Shown here: one piece after another, positions 51,250 through 63,536 of the stretch
Numbering within the stretch: the first letter of the stretch is position 1
How the letters are laid out: the number at the start of each line of letters is the position of its first letter
Assembly (NCBI RefSeq): GCF_964194025.1
Contig: NC_134474.1
Coordinates: 29,450,001-29,514,000, forward strand
Direction: 5' to 3'
Source of the DNA: Convolutriloba macropyga
Lineage: Eukaryota
DNA length: 64,000 nt
Translations under genes and position numbers: made by a program
The notes under the pieces: model-generated
Told to the model about the DNA's origin: nothing
The model's input: only the letters and a program-made list of their open reading frames with translations
Database searches by the model: none

Positions 51250-54200
51250 TCAATGCAGTTTATAAACCAAACAATCAGATGCAATATTTGCAAATACTCT
51301 TCTGCAGTTATTCAAGATTTCTAATAAGGGTTCATTTACGTCACTGTCAACGCCTTTCAAACCACTGCACGAAATAGCTTCAATTGAAAAACTGAATTGA
51401 GATTTTTCAGCTCCTAAAGCTGACCAACATATCTCTGCAATTCGGAACAAAATGGATGAGACATCTTTGCACAGAGGGGGGAAAGCTTTGGCTATTCTTC
51501 CCATAGCTGGAATTAGATATTGGCAATAATTCTTCATTTGGTTTTTGGGTAACAGTTCGATCATCGTAGTCATAACGGATAAAGCTAATTGAGCTACCGA
51601 GAAGGCTTTTGGAATTGTGTACAACACCACCAGGTGTGAAATTAAATCAATTGCAAATATTTGTTGGTCTCTATGGGGCTGTTGAAGGAGCTCAGGCAAG
51701 AAGTCAAAGCAGCAATGCATAGATGGAATTCCTTGTGTTGTAGCCGACAACAGTCTATGCTCGTAGCCCTGAAAGTGAACCAACTTTATGATGTTGGAAT
51801 CTTCTAGAAACATCTGATGAACGTGGCTGCACACAATGCCCTGAACTTCTCTCAATTTAAGTCGCTCACAACTACTTTTAGAAGCCTCCTTGTTATCAAA
51901 CTCTTCCATTTCACAAGTCGCTAGACAGATTTCTAACATCATTTGAATAGCAGTCGACTCTTGTGTGGATATTAAAGCAGCCCGCAAGTCTTCCTTTTCC
52001 AGATCTTTAATCGCACTCGGAGAATTGGAGTTTCCAGAGCAGAACGAAATTTGATGCGACAAATAAACCCGACTTGAAACCAAAAAGGCCGAGAGAACTC
52101 GAAGTATAATAGTCAACAACGTTGGACATCGGAACACTCGTTCATCACATTTCAATACGATCAGAGGGTCATTCGTCAAATCTGATATTGTGTATTTTGC
52201 TGGAATATTTGAGTTTGATATCAGCACGTTGACTGTTTTCACCCACAGACGTCTGGGTAAACACGCATTGATGCAATTCCAGACATCGAACACTAAGTTG
52301 TGAATTCTTTGAGCTATGTTTGGTTTCAAAAGGCCAGGTAGAATAGACACAAAGGCGTCGAGCATATTAACCGAATCATTTTCAGTCATTTTTATCATTG
52401 CAAGCAAACTTCGAATACACTCTTGTGAGTATTTTACAGGATCTTCGAAAAGAAACAGCAACTTTGGAGCTGTTGGTAATGGAGTATTTTCTTCGTCGTA
52501 AAGCGTCATTGACGAACTAGCGTTACGGGCTAGTTTACTACTTCCATCACTGTTGTCGAAAAACCACTTAAGTGATACAGAGCTATTAAGTTGAAATAGC
52601 TGAGGGTAGTGGTTATAAGCTAGTTTTAACAACTTGGGATATAAATTAGACATTTGAGTTTGAAATTTTTCAGCTCTCCGGATAATGTATCGAATAGGAA
52701 CCAATTCCATAAGTCGTTCCGAGTATTGTAGATCGGTTAGTTTTCTCAGCTTACTCGTTGGATTGTTAGAAAATGTACCAAAACGATTAGTGTGCGTATT
52801 AAATAAATTTTGTTTAGCTGCGATAAGTAACGCCTCTTTATACGCTAAGGTATAATAGAGAATCAGAGTTTGAGATGCAAAAACTTGATCACACTTTAGT
52901 GAGTCAAAGGGTTGAACAAATAACTTCGATATGTCTTTTTCCGAAAAAGGTACTTCTCGAAAATCATCTGGTGAAATTGGGTTCATAATCGCATTTATGA
53001 AGTTGTCCGTCAGTTCAAGCATTAACTTATGGAGAGGAAACTTACAGTTCAGAATCTGTGAGAAAACCCACTGTGATATAGACACATGACTTCTTTCAAA
53101 AGTATTTTTCGACATGAGATTGCAGAAGCAATCGATTGGTAAATATGATATTTCGTTTTCGTTCGAACTGCTCAAAGCATTTGTAAATTGCATTTTGGAA
53201 CAGATCACTGCCATTTCCGCTTCTGAGAACACTAATTGAGCAAAAAATATGCGAATTCTGTTAAAGTTTTCTGTTCTTAGATTGATCGCAATTCCGTAAA
53301 CAGAGCTGACCAGACTTTCGAGTTCCGAATCTTTGTTATGTAGAAAATACACACCAATATTCAACAACGTTTCTACATGAGGTGCTGGCTCCTGGCCTTC
53401 TGATGACGAGTGACAATGCAATACCCACTTGATCCAGTCAAGAAATCGTTTCTCGTTTTCATGGTCCAATATGTATTGCGGTATCAATACAAGAGATGCA
53501 AGAACTACTTTACAGTAATTGTGAAATGACTCCAACTTCGTTACTTCAATGTTGAACTTTAGTGTCATCAGGTCAATAAGCGGCTTTTCATTCTCCAATC
53601 TCCATTGGGTCAACAATCGCAAGCCGGTGAAAACTTTGATCAGAGTTGTTGATCTAACTAAAGATGGGACAACATTCTGCGTCCTCAAAAAATGCTTCCG
53701 AACATCTACCAACGATGTGGAAATCAATAGTATACCTTTTGCCAGTTTGCTTCTCCAGAACTGTTTCAAAAACGGTTTCAACCATTTTTTCACATCATTT
53801 TTGCTGTCACTGAACAACAACTCACACAAAAAATTTTCCAAAAACTCGCTGTTCTCTGTCTCCTCACACTTGTGGCTAATCATATCAAACAGTAAGGGAG
53901 GGTTTAGTTGATATTGAATCAAATGATTTATCAAAAAGTTAGCCGAAGATTTCTCGATTGTACTGAGTCTCAAAATAAAAGCATTTCTCTCATTTTCAAT
54001 GTGAGGAGGTAGCGAAACCTGTAGCGCAGCTAGCAAACAGCTGCGATACGCAAAAGGTATATTTAGCAGTAACGTTTTAACAAACAACCAAGGAGATTTC
54101 GTGATCATGATAATCTGAACGAACTCCGCAATGCTGACAAAACTCGATAGTGAAGACTTCGTAAGTATCACAAAGAGGCAATTTATAACCAATTCTCTAA

Positions 54201-54669
54201 GAGACTCAACGTGAAACAAATGAAATCTGTATCCTGCCGGCAGAGAAGATCGCTCGTTACAGATTAGTCGTTTAAGCATTAAGAGCTGTGTGACCAGAAA
54301 AACAATTTGCTCGACTACTTGGCCATTCTGCTCGAAAACGGCCAAACTTGTCGCAGAAGCGTCACTTCGTAGCTTTTCTATAACCTCATCAATTGGCAAT
54401 TTTGATATCTCGAAACTCATCTGTCCGATTTGATTCAACATATCGGCTTTTGGCTTAAATCGAACATACTTTAAAACTTCGTTGATAACACCACATATTT
54501 GAGGGTTTCTCTTTATCTTTTTGGTGAGGATTGGATTGTGACTGGTTCCGAAAGCTGCTGACACGAGAAAAGGTATTACTACCGTAAGATCATCGTCAGA
54601 TAGCTCCTCCACTAACTTTGCTTTTGATACTATAGATGTCAACCGATCAAGAGTCCAACTTTCATCCAT
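51250..54669 (-). CDS. INTS2: Integrator complex subunit 2 (intronless, ~1139 aa from MDESW)
   Basis: Conserved C-terminal block LREVQGIVCSHVHQMF..IKLVHFQGY..GIPSMHCCFDFLPELLQQP..QIFAIDL, plus PRRLWVKTVN, DPLIVLKCDERVFRCP and QESTAIQ. First ATG at 54669; the ORF track starts at a TTG at 54726 inside the acceptor region. Confidence 0.95.
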   Translation of the reverse strand: MDESWTLDRLTSIVSKAKLVEELSDDDLTVVIPFLVSAAFGTSHNPILTKKIKRNPQICGVINEVLKYVRFKPKADMLNQIGQMSFEISKLPIDEVIEKLRSDASATSLAVFEQNGQVVEQIVFLVTQLLMLKRLICNERSSLPAGYRFHLFHVESLRELVINCLFVILTKSSLSSFVSIAEFVQIIMITKSPWLFVKTLLLNIPFAYRSCLLAALQVSLPPHIENERNAFILRLSTIEKSSANFLINHLIQYQLNPPLLFDMISHKCEETENSEFLENFLCELLFSDSKNDVKKWLKPFLKQFWRSKLAKGILLISTSLVDVRKHFLRTQNVVPSLVRSTTLIKVFTGLRLLTQWRLENEKPLIDLMTLKFNIEVTKLESFHNYCKVVLASLVLIPQYILDHENEKRFLDWIKWVLHCHSSSEGQEPAPHVETLLNIGVYFLHNKDSELESLVSSVYGIAINLRTENFNRIRIFFAQLVFSEAEMAVICSKMQFTNALSSSNENEISYLPIDCFCNLMSKNTFERSHVSISQWVFSQILNCKFPLHKLMLELTDNFINAIMNPISPDDFREVPFSEKDISKLFVQPFDSLKCDQVFASQTLILYYTLAYKEALLIAAKQNLFNTHTNRFGTFSNNPTSKLRKLTDLQYSERLMELVPIRYIIRRAEKFQTQMSNLYPKLLKLAYNHYPQLFQLNSSVSLKWFFDNSDGSSKLARNASSSMTLYDEENTPLPTAPKLLFLFEDPVKYSQECIRSLLAMIKMTENDSVNMLDAFVSILPGLLKPNIAQRIHNLVFDVWNCINACLPRRLWVKTVNVLISNSNIPAKYTISDLTNDPLIVLKCDERVFRCPTLLTIILRVLSAFLVSSRVYLSHQISFCSGNSNSPSAIKDLEKEDLRAALISTQESTAIQMMLEICLATCEMEEFDNKEASKSSCERLKLREVQGIVCSHVHQMFLEDSNIIKLVHFQGYEHRLLSATTQGIPSMHCCFDFLPELLQQPHRDQQIFAIDLISHLVVLYTIPKAFSVAQLALSVMTTMIELLPKNQMKNYCQYLIPAMGRIAKAFPPLCKDVSSILFRIAEICWSALGAEKSQFSFSIEAISCSGLKGVDSDVNEPLLEILNNCRRVFANIASDCLVYKLH

Positions 54670-54966
54670 TTTATTATCTGCAACAAAACTACCGGATGTT
54701 GTAATAGCATTCTTGTTGAGATACAAAAAAATAATACATTCAAGGTGCGGGTGAAACGTTTGCTAGTTTTCAAACCGAGGCAAATTTATGTACAAAACAA
54801 TACATTACTGTATTGTAGAAGAAAGTTCTGTTGCCCTAAAAAGAGCAAATTTACCCAAAATGACTAGTTTACCCAAAAAAGTAGCTCATTCATTCGGCTA
54901 AACGTTTTATGTACGTTCAGATCATGTCTCGAAGCATCGTGTAATGTACTGAATAAGCTGCATATC

Positions 54967-54998
54967 AAACAACCAATCAGAAATGAGATTGGTTGTTT
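54967..54998. promoter_or_regulatory. Palindromic double CCAAT box upstream of INTS2
   Basis: AAACAACCAATC-8nt-GATTGGTTGTTT is a perfect 12-bp inverted repeat ~300 bp upstream of the ATG. Confidence 0.4.
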
Positions 54999-56370
54999 CT
55001 TCGCCTTGTGACACAGGAGATCGTGAACTTAAATCCCCGTTCACATTGCTCATGAACTTAACAGTAGCAGCATTGAAAAGAGATAACGAAAAGAGATAAC
55101 GTCTTCAAAAAGTAAGTTCGATGACACAACTTTTAGTTCAAAAACAAAATTATTCCATTTACATCACCATTAAACAGCAGCTGCAAAAACGAACAACCTT
55201 CTTCAAAATGCTCGAAAAATAAACCAAGGCCACAGAACAAATCAAGAATTATAAACTCGAAAATAAACAAGATAAAGCTCCTTACAACTCAAAGAGATCT
55301 ACCACTGCACACTAAAGAGACCAAACAACATGGAAATTTAACAAACACAAAGCCACATTTGTTGATAAAAACCGGCAGTAAATCAAAAAAAATTGTGACC
55401 TTGATAGAAAGACAAACACTGCGTTATGGCAAACCACTTTGATTTTAAAAAGCTGGAAAAAATTTCCTGCCCTTAAGAACGTCAATAGTACGGAAGACAA
55501 CAACCAAAAGGCTGAAACTTATAATAATATTGAATGTAGAAAATTCTAACGACAAACAGGACTTTTCCTAGAGTCTCGCGGCTATCAATTGCGATGACAT
55601 CCAAACACAGAGAAGAACATTTCACTGAAAATCATAGTTGGTCTTCACAATTTCGAAGAAAGCAAAGGAGCCGAATAAAGGACTTACAAAACACAGAAAG
55701 ACTCAAAGAACTCTACGCAACTGGTCAAAACATTTGGATGAATAACAATTGCCATAAAGTATAATCATTAGACTGTCGATAAAGCAACACATGTGGAAAC
55801 TGGAAGCTATTTTGGTTCGCTAAAAGAAAACTTTTTCAACGCCCTCTGCAAACAAAACTCTTTGCTATTAAATGAAGAAAATAGAGCGCACGGAAAGTGC
55901 AATTCAAAAACCCAGGTAAAAGACTCGATAAATGAAAGTCACGCTGTCAAATCAAGAATTTACTCAACTTGTCAAAAGGTTTGTGTACAAACGCTTAAAT
56001 TTCAGGATAAGTCACGTCCGAATTATAAGAACTGTTGCGAGAAAAATAACGATAACATTTGCAATGGGTCAGCAACTTGAACTGTAAATCAATTTCAAAG
56101 CACAAACCAAAAACGTTAAGATGAAATACACTAAATTGCTCTCCCATATTTACTCAAACAATGAACTTCACCAAACGTGAGCAATTGCATGGACCATGAA
56201 ACAACACTTCTTGACAATTTATTCGCAGTATGCTTACAGCCAATTACATCTAAACAAGCCTAACGGAGATCATTCCGATTTCATTTTGGCTGTATGACAG
56301 TCATTTAGAGGTGCGTAGCACCATCGGACATGCCAGAGCAAATCCAACAGCAATAATCAAATTTTAATTA

Positions 56371-56826
56371 CCCGGGCTGAAATTTCAACCTTAATACATC
56401 CTTAATTAGCGGGGATTAGGGTGTAATGCTTATTTAAATCCTAATTATCGGGGAAAAGATTGTAAGAGTATAAATTTAAAAAAAAAACATTATTGTATTT
56501 ACACTCTTTTCTTCATTCTTTTTACAATCTTTGCAAAGAGTAATTTAGGGAGTACTGATAAAAAATTACTCTTACATAATTACCATTATAACGGAAATTG
56601 AAACTAATAATAATAGCATCAGTTGGCACAAGGTGAAAGTAACATGTTCCAGAGAGGAAAGATGGGGGATCAATCCTCAGTACCCCAATTTAGTTTTTAA
56701 ACTTAAACTCTTAAAATAACATTCTCCGACCGTCATTTAAACGGAGCAATAGGGGTGTAATTTTTTTTATTAATACACTCTTCACACTCTTTTCCCCGTT
56801 ATTTTTGGGGAAATCCTCGGTCCGGG
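56371..56826. mobile_element. CCC-ended MITE with TA 2-bp TSD (CACTA/EnSpm-like)
   Basis: CCCGGGCTGAAATTT versus reverse-complemented right end CCCGGACCGAGGATTT; TA on both sides. Internal (T)ACACTCTT/AAGAGT motifs in both orientations. Confidence 0.65.
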
Positions 56827-56893
56827 TAGCTTTATTAGTATGAAAGCGGGCCTGAGTTTTAAATGAATTTTATAAAAAGATCCTCGATGACAG

Positions 56894-57620
56894 TGTTGGA
56901 GCTGAGCTCGCTAAGCTTGCGTAGGCGGGAAAATAGAAACAAAACACTTTCTGTTGTCCTAGTCATTTAATAGTTATAGTTCTAGTTCTAGTTACAGTTT
57001 GCAACGTGAGAAAAAAGAGAAAAATGGGGAAATAACAAAAAACAACACACAGAACTCAACGTAGCAGCCGCAGAAAACGGCTGAAAGTATAACTCAGCAA
57101 AATATTGCAAAACAAATTGTCTTGAGCAGTAATCAACGTGTTACTGTGTCTTGAACTAGAAATATTCCTGAGCAGTAAATTGTTACTGTGTCTTGCATCA
57201 ACGAATTAATGGTGCAGAAATTCAACTGTTACAACCCCAACTTCTGGTATTCTCAACTTGTGAGTACAAAAAGCAAAAGACAACTTAAGTTTAAATTTAA
57301 ATATTTTTGCACAAACAGGTCTTAGACATATATCTTTGTCTTCGATTTGTTTTTTCTATCTGATTGAACATGTATACATAAAGTGATCCCGCATAGTGCG
57401 ATCTGTAGCAATCCAGTTCAAATGGATAGTTGAAAAAACTAAGATCAGCGAATAGTTACGAACTAAAATAGTTAATGCAACGGTAAGTACAGCAGAACGG
57501 ATATACAGTTACAAAAGCAAACTGCATAAACGAAGTATTCGGACAGATTTTGTGACCACTCAGAACGAACTGGGCGGTGTAAAACTTTCTTTGTGAAACT
57601 CAAGGAGAGCAGCCGTTACA
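56894..57620 (+). repeat. 5' LTR of the BEL/Pao element (727 bp, TG...CA)
   Basis: Matches 63506-64000. Ends GTTACA immediately before the PBS TTTGGTCCGCGGACCCGGA (tRNA-Tyr-like). Confidence 0.9.
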
Positions 57621-58134
57621 TTTGGTCCGCGGACCCGGACAGTGGAATAAACTGCTGTCCAACCCAACAGTCGAAGTGACAAAGTCATCAACGAACAAGA
57701 ACGAAACCCAACGAGCAATTCAACAACGCCAAGCCAATTAGGCAAAGCAAATAGGAACGTTGAAAAGCAAAACTCAATTAAAACAAACAAACAAAGGAGC
57801 TGCAGAGATTCAAGCTGCAGTCCCGAAGTACACAAGAAGTGACTCCGTCACAGAGTCAAAGGGTTTTGGATCGACAGATCAACAACTTGCGAAACAACTG
57901 GTTTCAGAAACAAAAAGAAGGCTCTGAGCTCATCAAGGGTCGAGATCGACCAAGCAAGCTCAAGAATCTTTATCAGCAGATACTGCAATTGGACGACAAC
58001 GTTCAAAAACTCGTGAATAAGAAAACTGAGACTCTCCGATACCCAGATATTTTTTTTAAAACGCCAAGTCGAGACAGAAAAATACTTTCGATATTTGAAC
58101 GCAGAGTGTTTACTGTATATCCACGAGAAACAAA

Positions 58135-61100
58135 CATGACGGATCAACAGAATCAAACTGTTCAATTGACAAGCGATGCAGAACCAACTGCCGCTAAGAA
58201 TTCGCAGTCTGTTGTAGGAGTTTCTCAACAAACTGTTGAAAATGGACACCCAAACAAGGACAAGGATTGAAAGGCCTCCTCTGATAAACAAGGTAAAAAG
58301 GCAGAAAAACTTGCGGCTTTAGAGAAAGACTTTGCAGCAAAAATGAAGAAAATTGAAATCAAATTGAAAAGGAAAGCGCTTGAAATCGAGATGCAACTTT
58401 TTGAAGAAGGTGCACTGAAACTGGAATACGAGAAAGAAGCTCTTGACCAAGAGCATCAGATTCTGATGAAAGTGCAGCCCCTAGTATTCGAAGTAGATCA
58501 CAATTCAATTGGAAAACCCCGAAGAACAAAGATGTTTCCGGTTGGCTCGATAACTCGGATAAATTCTCCAACTTGCACGATTATAGTTTTGAGCGTGCAA
58601 AAACCAGGATCGACAACAATTATCCCAGGGTAAGCTTCAATCGCGAAGATGTACTTAAGTCACGGTTACCAAGTGGAGAGCGTGCCAGCGGAGCCTGGGA
58701 ACAAGACAGATTTAAGCGCAATAAACCAAGCAGTAGTAGTCAGATACCTAAGTTGAAGTTGAGTTCTTTCGACGGAAACCCCCTAGAGTGGCCGGAGTGG
58801 TCGAATATGTTCAAAGCAACAGTTCACCATCGCGATATACCCGACTCAGAGAAAATGAGCCATTTTGTTGACAAGTAAAGCAAAGTCAGCGATATCAGGA
58901 ATGGGCTATTCGGGAGAGTTCTACGCTCAAGCGTGGGAACTCCTGGGACGGAAGTTTGGGCGACCTTACCTAATTGTCGACGCTCAGCTTAACATATTGC
59001 GCAAACAACAACCAATTCGAATGCACGACTCAACGGCTATAATTAATTACTCAATAACAATCAGCAACCTAGTTAGTGTACTGAAGCAATACAATTATGA
59101 GGGCGATCTGCGTTCAAGTTCAACACTGCAAGTGGCAATTGAAAAACTGCCCCCAAACTTCAAAGAAAAGTGGTTCTTCTTCGTTGACGAGTGTCAAGGA
59201 GATAGACCCGATCTCACTCTCCTTGAAAAATGGCTAGCATGAATGGCTTTTGTCCATGAAGGAATGCCATCAACCAAGAGCGAACGAAAGGAAGAAGATC
59301 AACCAAACGCTAACAAGGAAAAACGATTCTCAAAATGTTCAAATATTAGTGCGAGTTCGAATGCGAACGAGACGAAGCAAATGCAAAACAACTGCCCACA
59401 GCGGATGGCACTCATAAAATATGGAACTGTCCAATATTTAAGAGTATGAATGTCACCGATCGCTATGCGTCAGTGAGAAAAGAACGCTTATGTTATGGAA
59501 GTCTGGGGAAAGCGCATGCAATCAAAGATTGTAAAGTCCACCCGTGCGATATAAATGGATGTACCAAAAGGCACAACAGACTGCTACACTCAGAAAATTA
59601 AATAGACGAGGGTAGTCACGCAGTTAATGTAAGCGCAGCAACAATCAACCAGAGTAACCAAGTTACTAGTTTTCTTCAAATAGTTCCGGTATCGGTTCAG
59701 AGCGGTGGTAACAGGTTGACTACCTACGCTTTACTCGATAGTGGGTCAACAGTATCATTCATCGATCAAAGTGTCAAGGATCAACTACAAGCCAAAGGCA
59801 CGGACGTTACCTTGAGCATAGCTGGCATACATGGGACGCAAGATTTGAGCACAGAAAAGGTTCCTATCACAGTAAAGGGACTACATTCAAAGGGGCATTG
59901 AATTGAAGAGTTTTCACACCCATCACTCTCGTTGGGAAACACGACATATGATTACAAGGAACTGAAGAACAACTTCAGACACCTGAATGTTCTCACTAAC
60001 AGAACATTCAACCTGATGGAAGTAGGCGTCATACTTGGACAAGATGCCTACGAAATTCAACGTCCATTGGACTATATGATTGGAACACGAATTGAGCCTT
60101 TCGCCGTCTTAACAGAATTAGGATGGGTAGTCAGTGGTCCCATGACAGGCAAGAAAAGTCAAAATGTTAGTCATTTCGCCTCCACAGAAGATGTGAAAGT
60201 GGCCGAAATTATACAATCTTGGTGGGACATAGAAACTTATGCTTCCAAAATAAATGTTGTAATACAATCAGAGAAAGAGCAGCAAGCTCAGAAGTTTTTA
60301 GAGAGCACAAGAAGTTTACGGGCGAGCGGTACGAAGTGGGCATGCTCTGGAGTGAATCAGAACCCAATCTTCCAAACAACTACGGCTCGGCCCTTGGTCA
60401 GCTCCACTCAGTGGAACGAAGATTCCAACGAGACCCAAAGTTAAAAGAATTGTATCAACAGTCAATTGATACAGATGTTGAAAAGGGATTTGTGACGATC
60501 CTTGATAAATCGGAAGTCAACGGCACTTTCGGAAAGTAATGGTATTTGCCACACCATCCAGTACTAAACCCCAACAAACCAGGTAAAGTTGCAGCAAAAT
60601 ACAAGGATGTATGCCTAAATGACAAGCTATTAGCCGGACCCGATCTACTACACGGATTGATTGGAACAAAATTCAGATTTCGAGAAGGACCAATAGCCTC
60701 AACCGCAGATATTGAATCAATGTTTCTGCAAGTGAAAGTTCCTGAACGGGATAAAAACTGCTTGAGATTCCTGTGGCGACCAACAGTGAACGAACCTGCG
60801 CAAATTTACGAGTATCAACGTCATGTTTCGGAGCAAAGAGTTCGCCAACACGTGCCAACTACGCTCTGAAGCGAGTAGCCATCGATAACGAGGACGAGTT
60901 CCCAATTGCAGCAAAAACAATCCAAAACAACTTCTACATGGATGATTTCATCAAGTCAGTCGAAACACCTGAGGAAGCAATCAAGGTTTTCAAACAACTA
61001 CAACCTCTTCTCTCAAAACATGGATTTGAAATGAAGAAGTGGATCACCAACAGCGACGTGATAACCAACGCAATCCCAGAGGATTTAAGATCAATCAGCA

Positions 61101-63536
61101 ACGCAAAGCAGGTCGAAATAGAACCCAGCAAGGAAAGTTCATCCGTGCTTGCACTTCAGTGGACGATTATCGATGATAGTCTACAGGTTTGTAGAGGTGC
61201 AAGCAAAGAAGTTGAGACCCCAATCACCCAAAGGAAGATCTCTTCTCTAGTTTCTTCAGTGTTTGATCCTCTTGCACTGTTTGCACCATTCAGTGTTCAT
61301 ATGAGACGACTCTTGAAGACCATCTGGACAAAAATTGGACAACATTGGGACAAGTCAGTGGAACCTAACGAAGAAGAGGAGTTTCTGAAATGGAAAGACC
61401 AGCTTCCAGAAGTAGCAGAAACCAGCATTCATAGAAGATACTTCAGCACAGCCAAGGAAAAATGGGAACTTCATGTGTTTGCCGACGCATCTGAAGACAC
61501 AATGTGCACAGAGGCATACCTACGTTCAAAGCCCAAAGAATACTCAGCAGACTTAGCATTTGTAATTGGAAAGTGCATAGTTGAACCGATGCGACACCTT
61601 TCCATACCACGCTTGGAACTACAAGCAGCAGTGATGGTGGTGAGACTTAAAGAACAGATAGTGAAGGAACACGAATCGAAGGTTCTTAGTTGTAAATTTT
61701 GGACAGACTCCACTACTGTTCTGCAATGGATTCATAGCTCCCACCGTAAGCAACAGGTGTTTGTTGCAAACAGAGTGGCCGAGATTTTGGATACAACTAA
61801 TGTTTCACAGTGGAATCATGTGAGTGGTATTAATAATCCAGCTGACATCGGGACACGAGCGATCAATGTTGACGAACTTAAGAGAAGTGAATGGCTCACT
61901 GGGCCGGCCTGGTTGAAGCAACGAGAAAACGAATGGCCTTAACAAGTGAATTTAACATTTGCTTCGGACGAACAGAACGACCAAATGGCCTTCTCAGCAA
62001 AGGTTGAAGAGAAGAAGCTGATGATTCAGTGGGAACGATTCAGCAATTTCTATCGACTTGTAAATACAATGGCATACGTACAGCGCGTAATTAGAAAACA
62101 CAAACCGGCAACAAAACACTAAGTGTTGAAGAAAGAGAGGGTGCACAAGCAAGCATCTTCAGGCTACTGCAGAAAGAACAGTTTGCTGAAGAGATGAAAT
62201 CTCTCAAGGCTGAAAAGGAAATTCTAAAAAACATTAAAATCCTCGAGTTTTCACCGTTCATTGACCAGCAAGGACTTATTCGTGCTCAAGGCAGAAAAGG
62301 TAAAAGTCAATTGAACTTCGAAACCAAGCATCCAATACTGTTACATTGGAAGCACCATGTAGTTGAATTATTCTTGCGCATGAACATAAGAATAGTCATC
62401 ACGAAGGTACTGAACATGTCAGAAACAAAGTTCAGCAGAAATTCTGGATGCTAGGCAAACGAAATGCTTTGAGATCGATCAAAAACAAATGCATTAGATG
62501 TCGAAAGGGAAGAGCCCAAATAAAGGCATCAGTAATGGCAGATCTACCTGAGGAGCAACTAGTCGCATCAACAGTGCTCGCGAATGTGGGCGTAGACTAT
62601 TTCGGACCATTCACAGTAAAGATTGGTCGAAGAAACGAGAAGCGTTGGTGCTTTCTGTTCACATGCCTTACTGTACTCGCGGTACATATAGAGATTGTAC
62701 CAAAACTAGACACTGATTGTTGTCTGAACGCAATTAAGCGATTCGTTGCTCGAAGAGGCAAACCGGTCAAAATTATAAGCGATATCGGGACAAACTTCGT
62801 TGGATCTGAAAAAGAACTGGCATAGTATATAGTAGCATGGAACAAGAGGCAAATTGAAGAACATCTGATTCAACAAGGTGTCAGATGGAAGTTCAACCCA
62901 ACTGCAGCACCACACTTTGAAGGAGTGTGGGAGAGACTGGCTAGGAGTTGCAAGAAGGCAATGTATGCAGTGCTGTGCAATCCATCAGTCACGGAAGATG
63001 TTCTGTCAACCACGATGTGTCTTGTTGAACAGACGCTGAATGCTAGACCGCTGACACAGGTCAATTCTGATGCTACCAATTTAGAAGCTATTACTCCAAA
63101 CCACCTCCTACTTGGCAACAAGAACCTTTGTTTACCGTATCTATCAGGTGCAGAGCAATTTGTTGATCATAGAAAGCTCTTCCGACAAACGCAAGCTTAC
63201 GCAGACCTCATCTGGGACAGATTCCGCAAAGAGTACTTGCCAACGTTGAATCGTCGAAAAAAATGACAGACCACAACGGACAGAAGTCTTCAGCAGGGTG
63301 ATCTTGTGTGGTTAGTGGAAGACAGTGACAAACGTGGATATTACGATCTGGGTCGAATAACCGAAACCTTTGAAGGTTCCGACGGAGTGATTCGATCAGC
63401 GACAATCAGAACGAAAGATGGATACTACAAGAGACCAGTAGTGAAGCTCGCTCCAGTGCTATCAATGGACGAAGATGTTTTCACGAAGGAAAACAGGGCC
63501 GGCGGTGTTGGAACTGAGCTCGCTAAGCTTGCGTAG
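58135..63536 (+). pseudogene. BEL/Pao gag-pol polyprotein broken by many stops and frameshifts
   Basis: DUF1759-type IPKLKLSSFDGNPLEWPEW; Cys/His knuckles ~59400-59590; protease YALLDSGS; RT PHHPV, DIESMF, YMDD; RNase H LHVFADAS; integrase CIRC, VDYFGP, SDIGTNF, WERL; C-terminal RPVVKLAPV. The ORF ends inside the 3' LTR. Confidence 0.93.

Noticed and set aside
49928-53911. Short antisense or alternate-frame ORFs inside INTS2 and the TEDC2-like gene
   Set aside because: Shadow ORFs of real coding sequence.
54670-54726. 19-aa N-terminal extension of INTS2 in the ORF track
   Set aside because: It starts at TTG and spans a polypyrimidine/AG acceptor; the first ATG is at 54669.
54985-55042. tRNA-Asp-like sequence
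   Set aside because: Only a faint resemblance; the B box is degenerate and no cloverleaf forms.
55150-56100. Possible LINE ORF1 remnant upstream of INTS2
   Set aside because: Only A-rich strand bias; no diagnostic motif.
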